A stretch of 64,000 bases of DNA from Deinococcus sp. (lineage in GTDB: Bacteria; Deinococcota; Deinococci; Deinococcales; Deinococcaceae), in the NCBI GenBank assembly GCA_965261005.1, contig OZ253375.1, positions 1 to 64,000 of the forward strand, read 5' to 3'. The position numbers were made by a program, and so were the translations under genes. How positions within the stretch are numbered: the stretch's first letter is position 1; each line of letters starts with the position of its first letter. Below, one piece after another: positions 55,972 through 64,000 of the stretch. A model generated the notes under the pieces. The model saw only the letters and a program-made list of their open reading frames with translations. It was not told the DNA's origin and did no database searches.

Positions 55972-57354
55972 TTAGGCCAGCGGCAAGGGACTGGTCAGCT
56001 CCGCCGCCTGCGGGCTGAAGCTTGGCAATCCCGGCAGCAACTCGCCGTTCACGTTCACCAAGTCGCCGTAGAGCATGTGCGGCGTGGCGTGGCGCACGCG
56101 GGCGGTGTAGAGGCCGCCCACCGCCCCCCCGACCGCCTTGGGCACCACGATGGGATGGTTGCCGCGGGTGTGCCCCTCCAAGAAGCCTTCCGCGTGCGCG
56201 TCGCCGCGCAGCAGCACTTCCAGGTCGCGCCCGACCTGAGCGGCATTTTTGCGAGCTGACCAAGCCTTTTGCTTCTCGATCAGACGTTGCAACCGCTCGG
56301 TCCCCACCTCGCGCGGCAAGTCCTGAAAGTGTTTGTAGCTGGGCGTGCCGGGCCGCGCCGAGTAGATGAACATGTAGGCCGAGTCGTAGCCGACCTCGTC
56401 GTAGAGGTCGAGGGTCTGCTGAAAGTCTGCTTCAGTCTCCCCCGGAAAGCCCACGATGATGTCGGTGAACAGCACCGCCTCTGGCAGGTGGCGCTTGATG
56501 GCCGCGATGTGCGCCAGGTACTGGTCGCGGGTGTACTCGCGGGCCATGCGCCGCAGCACCGCGTCGCTGCCCGACTGCACCGGCAGGTGGATGAAGTCGC
56601 ACACGGCCGGCGTCTCGGCCATCGCGATGGCCACGTCCTCGGTGAAGTTCATGGGGTGCGAGGTGGTGAACTTGACGCGCGCCGCGCCGCTCGCTCCCAC
56701 CAGGCGCAGCAATTCGGCGAAGGAGGGAAGGCCCGGCACCCGCTCGCCCCGGTCGAAGCCGTAGGCATTGACGTTTTGGCCCAGCAGCGTCACCTCCTGC
56801 ACGCCGGCCCCCAGCAGCGCGTCCAGCTCGCGCAGGATGCTGTCAGGGTGGCGGCTGACCTGCGGGCCGCGCGTGGTCGGCACGATGCAGTAGGTGCAGT
56901 GGTGGTCGCAGCCGCGCATGATGGTGAGGTGCGCTTGGAGCTTGCCCTTCGGCGGCGGCGGGATGTGATCGTGCAGCTCGTCCTTGAACTGAAGCGCCCA
57001 AAAGCGCCCGCTCTGCTCCAGCGCCGTTCCAATGTCCAGCAAGCTGCCCGGCCCCAGCAGCACGTCCACCTCGAACTTGCGCGCGATCTGCTGGCCCTCC
57101 TCCAGCTGGGCCAGGCAGCCCATCATGCCGACCACCAAGCCGCGCTCGCGCTTGAGCTTGCGCAAGTTCCCCAGCACCGTCCGGGCCTTGTCCACCGGCT
57201 TGCCGCGCACCGCGCAGGTGTTGAGCAGCACGAAGTCGGCCTCGTCCACGCTGTCCACCATGCTGGCGCCCAGCGAGACCAGTTGGCTCTCGACCAGGTG
57301 GCTGTCGTACTCGTTCATTTGGCATCCGAAGGTGATGATGTGCGCTCTGGTCAT
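55972..57354 (-). CDS. miaB: tRNA-2-methylthio-N6-dimethylallyladenosine synthase
   Basis: [19 protein letters not shown] radical-SAM motif, TRAM domain. Confidence 0.96.
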   Translation of the reverse strand: MTRAHIITFGCQMNEYDSHLVESQLVSLGASMVDSVDEADFVLLNTCAVRGKPVDKARTVLGNLRKLKRERGLVVGMMGCLAQLEEGQQIARKFEVDVLLGPGSLLDIGTALEQSGRFWALQFKDELHDHIPPPPKGKLQAHLTIMRGCDHHCTYCIVPTTRGPQVSRHPDSILRELDALLGAGVQEVTLLGQNVNAYGFDRGERVPGLPSFAELLRLVGASGAARVKFTTSHPMNFTEDVAIAMAETPAVCDFIHLPVQSGSDAVLRRMAREYTRDQYLAHIAAIKRHLPEAVLFTDIIVGFPGETEADFQQTLDLYDEVGYDSAYMFIYSARPGTPSYKHFQDLPREVGTERLQRLIEKQKAWSARKNAAQVGRDLEVLLRGDAHAEGFLEGHTRGNHPIVVPKAVGGAVGGLYTARVRHATPHMLYGDLVNVNGELLPGLPSFSPQAAELTSPLPLA

Positions 57355-57459
57355 AGGGAAGTGCCCGCTCCGAACGGGAATGGGGCAGTTTAGCGCGACT
57401 TATGGGAGAGATTGGGGTGGGCGGCACGGGGCGCCGCTCGCGGGGTTCCGAAGGGGAGA

Positions 57460-57897
57460 TCAAGCCTCGTTGGCCAAGTCCCGCGCCAGGCGCTTTTCCT
57501 CCAAGCTGAGCAGACCCTCAAACACGAAGACCTCGTCCATGTCCTCGGTGTGGCGCAGGTCCGCCGCCCCATCCTTGACCAGGCCGTACAGCAGTTGGCG
57601 GGCGCGCCGCAACCCGACGTGACAGTGCAGCGCCACCTCGGAGGGGGTGACGTAGCCGTGATTTGTCTCCGCGAGCCGCAGTATTTGGCCTTCCAGCTTG
57701 GGTGTCCGGCCGAGAGAGACGCGGGTCAGCCAGTAGCCGCCCAAACCGACCAAGACGAAGAAGACCAACGCAGTCGCCCCCGTCGGAACGTCCTTGTAAA
57801 AATCGCTGCTGCGGTCGGCCACTTCCAAAAGCAATTCGAGCAAAAACAGCGCGCTTGCGGCGACCAACAGCCAGCCAACGGTTTTGAAAAGCCACAC
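57460..57897 (-). CDS. Hypothetical 2-TM membrane protein with C-terminal wHTH-like domain
   Basis: Two hydrophobic helices, then ILRLAETNHGYVTPSEVA. TACACT-N6-GTG. Confidence 0.72.
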   Translation of the reverse strand: MWLFKTVGWLLVAASALFLLELLLEVADRSSDFYKDVPTGATALVFFVLVGLGGYWLTRVSLGRTPKLEGQILRLAETNHGYVTPSEVALHCHVGLRRARQLLYGLVKDGAADLRHTEDMDEVFVFEGLLSLEEKRLARDLANEA

Positions 57898-57938
57898 AAC
57901 AGCAGTGTACGCAATCCTCGCCATCAGCTGAGGGCACC

Positions 57939-58250
57939 ATGCCGAGACAAGCTTCAACTGATGACCGCTTCGATTGGAGCGCCGAGGCGGCGGCCACGAA
58001 ACATGGGTACAGCCCACGGCAGATCGAGAACGCCTTTGACGATCCTCGGCGCATCGTTTTCCCGTCATCCTTCGGCAACAGACACGGCCAGCAGTACAGC
58101 ATGGATCACCGCAAGGTCATGCTCGCGCAGGATAAGCCACATGGTCCTTACCTTCACATCGCGTATGTGCTGGAGCACGGTAAAATTAGGGTATTTCACG
58201 CGCGCTCTATGAATTCTACGGAGCTGAGGCACTACAGGGGCCGTCAATGA
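57939..58250 (+). CDS. BrnT-like ribonuclease toxin
   Basis: FDW...KHG...ENAFDDP...IRVFHARSM...E..HY pattern. ATGA overlap with the partner gene. Confidence 0.78.
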   Translation: MPRQASTDDRFDWSAEAAATKHGYSPRQIENAFDDPRRIVFPSSFGNRHGQQYSMDHRKVMLAQDKPHGPYLHIAYVLEHGKIRVFHARSMNSTELRHYRGRQ

Positions 58251-58573
58251 CCAGAATGAAGATTATTCACAACCCGGAAGACATTCCCAACTTTGCGAGC
58301 GATCAAGAGGCGAGCGACTTTTGGGACCACCATAGCCTTGCCCCAGGGCTGTGGGCTGAAGCTGGACGCGGCGAGGGCGCCGATCCTGAACTCGACGCAA
58401 TTCTCGCACGCTGGCACGGAACAGTATCCAGAACAGCAACCAAGCCCGCCTCGAAGCCGCTCCGATTGGAGAAAAAGGTACGCGCGGCCCTCAACCGCCA
58501 GGCCGAACAGCAGGGCAAAACCCCGGATGAATTGGTGAACGAGGTTTTGAAAAAGGCGTTGAAGGTGTCCTGA
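58247..58573 (+). CDS. BrnA/CopG-like antitoxin
   Basis: IPNFASDQEASDFWDHH N-motif and C-terminal RHH-like segment. Confidence 0.8.
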   Translation: MTRMKIIHNPEDIPNFASDQEASDFWDHHSLAPGLWAEAGRGEGADPELDAILARWHGTVSRTATKPASKPLRLEKKVRAALNRQAEQQGKTPDELVNEVLKKALKVS

Positions 58574-58615
58574 GCGACGGCACGCGCAAAACACAAGTCG
58601 GGCTTCTTCAGAACA

Positions 58616-59083
58616 TCACTCCACCCGCTTCAGCTTGACTTCGTAATTCGCCGTCACCGTGCGCAGGCGGCCCTGAAACACGTCCCCGACCACGCGGCCG
58701 GTCAGCTGGGCGCTCACCTTGAAGCTGCCGCTCAGGCCCAGCGGCAAGGTCTTGCCCAGCGAGGCCGTGCCGGACAGGGCCGCGCCCGCCTCCGAACTCA
58801 GCTCCAAGTCGAGGTCGGCGCCCGCTCCCGTGGGCACGTATGTTCCGCGCACGGCGTAGTTGTTGCCGGCCGACAAGTTGTAAAAGATGCCGAGGGCGCT
58901 GTCCCCCGCCTTGTCCAGGCTGATGGCGAGGCGGTAGCGGGCGCTGGTCAGGGTGCCCGAGCCGCTGCCCTCATAGACCTGCGTTTCGCGGGTGGGGGCG
59001 GCGACGGACGGGCGCGGGGCGCAGGAACTGAGCAGCAGGAATGGCAGGAGCAGGTAGGGGAGAAGCAAGTGGGGGTGGCGCAC
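58616..59083 (-). CDS. Hypothetical lipoprotein
   Basis: LSSC lipobox after a Leu-rich stretch. TACCCT-N6-GTG. Confidence 0.7.
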   Translation of the reverse strand: MRHPHLLLPYLLLPFLLLSSCAPRPSVAAPTRETQVYEGSGSGTLTSARYRLAISLDKAGDSALGIFYNLSAGNNYAVRGTYVPTGAGADLDLELSSEAGAALSGTASLGKTLPLGLSGSFKVSAQLTGRVVGDVFQGRLRTVTANYEVKLKRVE

Positions 59084-59172
59084 CCACTCAGGGTAGACGA
59101 ATTGGGGCCGTCGGGCTTGTTCGGGCGGGGTCAGACTGACGGGGACAAGCGCCTTCTCATGCAAAGCCGAAG

Positions 59173-60288
59173 CTAGCGTTTCACCGCCCGCAACACCTTG
59201 AAGCCGCCTTCGCGGGCCAGCACCTCCGGCCGGCCCCACCTGGCGATCTCTTGCTCATAGGGCAAAAAGTCGTTGGCGACCAGGCGCAACTCGCCCCCCG
59301 GCGATAGATGTTCCCCCGCCGCGCGCACGAATTCCCGCGCCACGTCCAGCACCACCCGCCGCCCCACGTGAAAGGGCGGGTTGCTGACGACCAGATCGAA
59401 GCGCTCCTGCTCTTTCAGCGCCGAGGCCACGTCCGAGTGGCGCACGTTGCCCGTCAGGCCGCTGAGGCGCAGCGTCTCGCGGGCGCTCACCACGGCGGCC
59501 AGGTCGTCGTCGAGCAGGGTCACGTTCGCTTCGGCGGCGGCGCAGGCCGCGCCCAGCACGCCCGCGCCGCCGCCAAGGTCCAGGACGCGCTGGCCCGCCA
59601 CGTCCCCCAGGTGGCGCAGCAGCAGCGCGCTCGCCTTGTCGAGGTGCCCCGCGCTGAACACGCCCGGCAGGGCGGCCACCGTGAGGTCGCCGTGCTGGTA
59701 GGTCGCCGTTTCGGGAACGGGCAGGTCGGTTTCACGCAATTTTTCCAGCCGCGCCGCGCGCATACCGCCGTCGCGCCCGATGATCTCGCCCGCCCCGAAC
59801 GCCCCCACCGCTCCCCCAAAGTAGCGCTCAAACCCCTTCTGCTTGTCGCCCGCCAGGTACAGCGTGCCGCCCAGCTGCGTGCACCTCGCCGCCCAGGCCA
59901 ACATGGCGGCCACGTGAGCGTTGCCGCGCTCGCCGGAGAGAACCAGCGCGACCGCCGGGAACTGGCCCAGGTCGTCCATCGGCAACGCTGGCCGCACCCC
60001 GTCGAACTGCTCGCCCAGCACCCGCAGCGCGGCGCAGGACTGCTCGACGGGCGTGAAGTCCACCTCCAGCGCGAGGCCCAGTAAGCCGCCCATCGCCCGC
60101 AAATCCAGCAGCGGCCCCTCGACGCCCAATTTGCGCAGGGCGATGGCCAAGGTGGCCTGCGCGTCGTCCACCCCCGGCGCCCCGGCCACGCCCGGTTTGG
60201 TCAGCACGCCGCCCCCCTCCTGCACCGCAGAGAGCTTGGGCGGCAGCCCCGCGCGAAACATGTCGGAATATATGGGGGCCGAATTCAT
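59173..60288 (-). CDS. Methyltransferase small-domain protein (RsmC-like)
   Basis: PGVFSAGHLD, LDLGGGAG, VSNPPFH. Confidence 0.88.
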   Translation of the reverse strand: MNSAPIYSDMFRAGLPPKLSAVQEGGGVLTKPGVAGAPGVDDAQATLAIALRKLGVEGPLLDLRAMGGLLGLALEVDFTPVEQSCAALRVLGEQFDGVRPALPMDDLGQFPAVALVLSGERGNAHVAAMLAWAARCTQLGGTLYLAGDKQKGFERYFGGAVGAFGAGEIIGRDGGMRAARLEKLRETDLPVPETATYQHGDLTVAALPGVFSAGHLDKASALLLRHLGDVAGQRVLDLGGGAGVLGAACAAAEANVTLLDDDLAAVVSARETLRLSGLTGNVRHSDVASALKEQERFDLVVSNPPFHVGRRVVLDVAREFVRAAGEHLSPGGELRLVANDFLPYEQEIARWGRPEVLAREGGFKVLRAVKR

Positions 60289-60318
60289 AAGGGGGAGTGT
60301 AGCGCTAGCATGGCCCTC

Positions 60319-60939
60319 GTGAACGGACCGGACGGCGCCTGCGAGGCGGCCTTTTGGGCGCAGGGTCTCGCCCTCGTCGCCGGCGTGGACGAGGCCGGGC
60401 GCGGCGCCTGGGCCGGACCCGTGGCGGTGGCGGCGGTGGTGCTGCTCGCCGGGCGGCTGGATTGGCCTTACCGCGACTCCAAGCAGCTCTCACCTGCCCA
60501 ACGTGAAATCTTGGCGGCACAGGTGCAGCGTGATGCCGTCTGCTGGGCCGTCGAATTTGCCCCGGCTTCTGAGGTAGACGAGTACAACGTTCTGGAAGCG
60601 ACCAAGCGCGCCGCCCTGCGCGCCGTCGCCCAGCTCGACCCCGCCCCGCAGGCGCTGGTGACGGACTATTTAAAGCTCAATACCGCCTTACCCCTGGTCG
60701 CCCCGCCCAAAGCTGACCAAAGCTCCTTCTGCGTGGCCGCCGCCAGCCTGCTCGCCAAGACGGCTCGGGACGCGCGGATGCGCGAACTGGGCGCCCTCTA
60801 TCCCGGCTACGGCTTCGCGCAGCACAAGGGCTACGGCGCCCCACAACATCAGGCGGCGCTGGCGCGGTTCGGCCCCTGCCCGGAGCACCGCAGGTCGTTT
60901 CGGCCGGTGGCGCTGGCCTCGGTGCTAGACCTCAGCTAG
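60319..60939 (+). CDS. rnhB: Ribonuclease HII
   Basis: GVDEAGRG, DSKQL, AAASLLAK, HRRSF. Start GTG 60319 (TAGCAT-N7) or ATG 60310. Confidence 0.94.
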   Translation: MNGPDGACEAAFWAQGLALVAGVDEAGRGAWAGPVAVAAVVLLAGRLDWPYRDSKQLSPAQREILAAQVQRDAVCWAVEFAPASEVDEYNVLEATKRAALRAVAQLDPAPQALVTDYLKLNTALPLVAPPKADQSSFCVAAASLLAKTARDARMRELGALYPGYGFAQHKGYGAPQHQAALARFGPCPEHRRSFRPVALASVLDLS

Positions 60940-61794
60940 AAATTCGAGGAGCGCCCGCGCCAAGTCTTCCGGCGCCTCCTCGGCCATGTGATGCCCAGAG
61001 TCCAGGCCCCGGCCGCGCAAGTGTGTTGCCCACGGCTTCCAAACGGCGAGCACGTCCCCGTACAAGTCCTCCAAGTCGTCTTCGAGCGCCCACAGCAGCA
61101 AGGTGGGACACGTCACCTGACGCCCCGCCCGCCGGTCCTCCTCGTCGTGCTGACGGTCAATGCCGGGGCCGGCCCGGTAGTCCTCCAGCATCCCGTGAAC
61201 GGTCGCCGGGTCGTGAATGGCGGCGCGGTAGTCGGCGTAGGCTTGCGCGCCCATCTGCGCTTCCTTGTCGGGCGTGTTGCCGTACCAAGCGTCGGGGTCC
61301 GAGAGAATGGCCCGCTCGGGCTTTTCCGGCTGAGCGAAGAAAAACCAGTGCCACCACGCCTCGGCAAAGCGCGCGTCGCAGCGCCCCAGCGCCTCGGCGA
61401 TGGGCACCGCGTCCAGCACGCCCAGGTGCGTGATCGCCTGCGGATGGTCCAGGGCGGCGCGAAAAGCCGTGTACGCCCCCCGGTCGTGGCCGACGATGGC
61501 GAAGCGCCCGAAGCCGAGGTGCCGCATCAAGTCGAGACAGTCGCGCGCCTTGGCGCGCTTCGAGGAGCCGGCGTGGTTGGGCGTGTCCCCCGGCTTCGAC
61601 GACTCGCCGAAGCCGCGCAGATCGGGACAGACGACGGTGTGCCTGCCCGCGAGCAGGGGCGCGACCTTGTGCCAGGTGGCGTGGGTGCGCGGGTGGCCGT
61701 GCAGCAACAGCACGGGCGGGCCGGAGCCGCCGTGGCGCACGCGCAGGGTCGCTTCCGGCAGCTCGATCATCTCCAGCGTGAAGCCCTCGAACAT
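60925..61794 (-). CDS. Alpha/beta hydrolase, haloacetate-dehalogenase-like
   Basis: LLHGHP, GHDRG, WWHWFF, EDYRA, GHHMAEE. Confidence 0.85.
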   Translation of the reverse strand: MFEGFTLEMIELPEATLRVRHGGSGPPVLLLHGHPRTHATWHKVAPLLAGRHTVVCPDLRGFGESSKPGDTPNHAGSSKRAKARDCLDLMRHLGFGRFAIVGHDRGAYTAFRAALDHPQAITHLGVLDAVPIAEALGRCDARFAEAWWHWFFFAQPEKPERAILSDPDAWYGNTPDKEAQMGAQAYADYRAAIHDPATVHGMLEDYRAGPGIDRQHDEEDRRAGRQVTCPTLLLWALEDDLEDLYGDVLAVWKPWATHLRGRGLDSGHHMAEEAPEDLARALLEFLAEV

Positions 61795-61796
61795 GC

Positions 61797-61828
61797 GGTC
61801 ACTGTACTTCGTGGTCACTGTACTTCGT
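61797..61828. repeat. Perfect 16-bp tandem duplication GGTCACTGTACTTCGT x2
   Basis: 61797-61812 and 61813-61828, just upstream of the hydrolase start. Confidence 0.92.
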
Positions 61829-61902
61829 TCTTTCGGCGTTGGCGCCGCCCAAACTGAACGCAGCTCACGCCGGGATGGCCGAGCGTCCCTTACCCTGACC
61901 CC

Positions 61903-62292
61903 GTGCATCTCACCCCCGGCGGCACCTTGTACGACCGTATCGGCCCCGCCCACCTGCGCGCCCTGCTGGAGCGCTTCTACGCCCGCGTGGCGGGCGACCC
62001 GCTGCTGTCGCCCATCTTCCCGGCTGACCTCGGCAACACCTTGGAAAAGCAGTTCGCCTTCTTAAGCGGTTTTCTCGGCGGGCCGCTGCTGTATCACCAG
62101 ACCTACGGCCACCCCCGTCTGCGCGCCCGGCACCTGCCCTTTCCCATCACGCCGGCGCGGGCGCGTGCCTGGCTAGGGTGCATGAAGGCCGCCCTGGAGG
62201 AGACGCCCGAAATTGCGCGTGAGGACGCCGCCGAGCTGTACGCGGCGCTGGCGAGGGTGGCGCAGCATATGGTGAATAGCCCGGATTCATGA
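61903..62292 (+). CDS. Group II truncated hemoglobin
   Basis: LYDRIG, FYARV, FLGGP, GHPRLRARH, AWL. Confidence 0.92.
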   Translation: MHLTPGGTLYDRIGPAHLRALLERFYARVAGDPLLSPIFPADLGNTLEKQFAFLSGFLGGPLLYHQTYGHPRLRARHLPFPITPARARAWLGCMKAALEETPEIAREDAAELYAALARVAQHMVNSPDS

Positions 62293-63534
62293 GGTCCGGC
62301 CCGCCCGCCGCACCTTCCGGCGGCGTGTGGCGAGCAGCACGACCGCGCCGGCGAGCAGGTACGCCGCCGTGTCCACGTTGATGACCAGCACGCCCAGCGT
62401 GGCCCCCAGGTAGCCCGACGCGCCCATGCCCAGCAGCTGCGTGAAGCTGAAGACCGCGAAGTAGCTGCCGAAGACCCGCCCGCGCTTGTCGCCGTCGCTT
62501 TCCCGTTGCAGCAGCGTCATTTGCGCCGCGCCCCAGGCGGCAAAGGGCAGACCGGCCACGGCGACCAGGACCAGGCCGGGCCACAGCGCCGGATATACAA
62601 GAGGGTAATTCAGCAGCGCCGCGAGCAACACGCCGCTCAGCAGCCCGCCCCAGCCCAGCAGGCGCGCGGGGTCGAGCTGTCGCGCCAAGCCGGCCAGCAG
62701 CAGGCCCGCCAGGATACCGCCCACGGCCTGCGCGGAAAGCAGGAAGCCGAGTTCACGCCCAGAATCAGACGGGCCGGACCCGCTCAGCATCTCCTTAACA
62801 AAAGGGGCCAGCAGCGTGGAGATGAAGCCCTCGCCGAAGCCGACCAGCGCGGCGGCCACAAAGCACAGCCGCAGCAGCGGGCTGCGTCCCACCATCGCCA
62901 GCCCGGCCCGCCACTCCCCGCCGAGGTGCGTCCGGGCGGCAACAGGAGGCGCGGCCTCGGGCGCCCGCACGCCTAGCATCAGCCAAGCCGCCAGCAGGTA
63001 CGTCAGCGCGTCCGCGATGACCACCCCCGTGAAGCCCAGCGAGGCCAGCAGCAGGCCGCCGAGGGCCGGGCCGATCAAGCGCGCCAGGTTGTTGTTCAGG
63101 GCGTTCAGGCTATTGGCCGCCGCGAGCTGCTCTTCCTCCACCAAGGTCGGCAGCAGCGCGTGCTCGGCTGGCCCGAGGAACTGCCCGGCAGAGGATTGGA
63201 GCAAGGCGACCGGCACGACCAGCCACCACGGCCCGCGCGGCGCCAGCAGAAAGAGCAATGTCACCCCGCCCAGCGCGAGATTGCTCAGAATCAGAACGCG
63301 CCGGCGGTCCCAGCGGTCCACCAAGACGCCCGCCAGCGGCCCAATCAGGATGGCCGGTAGGGCGCCCGCCATCACGCTGAGGGCCGTGGCGAGCGTGGAA
63401 CGGGTCTGGCCGTAGACGTACACCGGCAGGGCGACGAACAGGGCGTAGTTGCCAATCCAGGAGATCAGGCCGGCCCACCACACCCGTGTCAAGCTGCGAT
63501 TGGTGAGCAACAGAGATAGGGGAGAAGGTCGCAT
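62287..63534 (-). CDS. MFS transporter
   Basis: AGVLVDRWDRRR motif A and about 12 TMs. Confidence 0.92.
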   Translation of the reverse strand: MRPSPLSLLLTNRSLTRVWWAGLISWIGNYALFVALPVYVYGQTRSTLATALSVMAGALPAILIGPLAGVLVDRWDRRRVLILSNLALGGVTLLFLLAPRGPWWLVVPVALLQSSAGQFLGPAEHALLPTLVEEEQLAAANSLNALNNNLARLIGPALGGLLLASLGFTGVVIADALTYLLAAWLMLGVRAPEAAPPVAARTHLGGEWRAGLAMVGRSPLLRLCFVAAALVGFGEGFISTLLAPFVKEMLSGSGPSDSGRELGFLLSAQAVGGILAGLLLAGLARQLDPARLLGWGGLLSGVLLAALLNYPLVYPALWPGLVLVAVAGLPFAAWGAAQMTLLQRESDGDKRGRVFGSYFAVFSFTQLLGMGASGYLGATLGVLVINVDTAAYLLAGAVVLLATRRRKVRRAGRTS

Positions 63535-63564
63535 GGTGGCAGCGTGGGCGCTAAGCTACACCCA

Positions 63565-64000
63565 ATGGCAGCCCCAGATTCAGGTAGCCCGTCCCCGAGC
63601 GACGTTCACACCGTCGCCGACGCCGAGCAGGCCCGGCTGCTGACCGACCCGCGTGGCAAGGAGTTCTTCAAGCCGTTTCGGGCGCGCGAGCGTAGCGCCA
63701 CGCAGGCGGCCGAAGAACTGGGTCGCCCGCTGAACAGCGTGCTGTACCGCATCGGGACCTTTTTGGGGGCCGGGTTGCTGGAGGTCGCGCGCACCGAAAA
63801 GCGCGCCGGGCGGGCCGTCAAGCACTACCGCTCGGTTCACGGCGCCTACTTCGTGCCCTTCAAGCTGACGCCCTACGCCAGCTTAGAGGAGCGCTTGCAG
63901 GCGCAGGCCGCGCCGATCTTTGCCCGCCTGATTCACGACTATGCGGCCATGCTGATGAGCAGCGAGCGCTTTGGGCAGCACCTGCTGCGCGACCCCAACC
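63565..64000 (+). CDS. ArsR-like winged-helix protein, partial
   Basis: ARLLTDP...SATQAAEELG...GLLEV...RAGRAVKHYR. Divergent from the MFS gene and runs off the window. Confidence 0.8.
   Translation, partial: MAAPDSGSPSPSDVHTVADAEQARLLTDPRGKEFFKPFRARERSATQAAEELGRPLNSVLYRIGTFLGAGLLEVARTEKRAGRAVKHYRSVHGAYFVPFKLTPYASLEERLQAQAAPIFARLIHDYAAMLMSSERFGQHLLRDPN

Overview
High-GC chromosomal segment from a member of the Deinococcaceae, most likely Deinococcus. The assignment rests on a Deinococcus-type HU, an AbxC-type bacilliredoxin, the hypothetical-udg4 / LysM-NlpC neighbourhood, SNR-like intergenic repeats and pervasive leaderless TANNNT-N5-7-start promoters. Most of the window is core genome: a type-IV-pilus-class chemosensory operon (CheY/PilH, CheW, MCP, partial double-Hpt CheA), pyrF, a MacAB-like exporter with a two-component system, infC and rpmI-rplT, an ECF sigma/anti-sigma pair, ppgK, carD, an osmoprotectant ABC transporter, hup, plsY, ubiX-ispD-ispE, trmFO, a phosphohexomutase, dtd-rarA, udg, miaB and rnhB. 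Accessory items: an intact IS4-family element (16-bp IRs, 9-bp TSD) disrupting a methyltransferase, an intact BrnT/BrnA-like TA pair, an XRE-MazF pair whose toxin has an internal deletion and frameshift, an orphan HigA-like antitoxin, and two inverted copies of a ~130-bp structured repeat. Best leads, all read by eye and unverified: (1) at least 12 tandem micro-duplications with a narrow 15-18-bp period; (2) an uncharacterised three-gene PATAN/DUF4388-like + wHTH + output-less HAMP operon; (3) a leaderless uORF plus terminator (attenuator-like) upstream of carD; (4) a probable AUC start codon on the gene upstream of udg; (5) an MCP whose sensor half looks compositionally foreign; (6) a structured rpmI leader. 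No rRNA, tRNA, CRISPR array or prophage was recognised.
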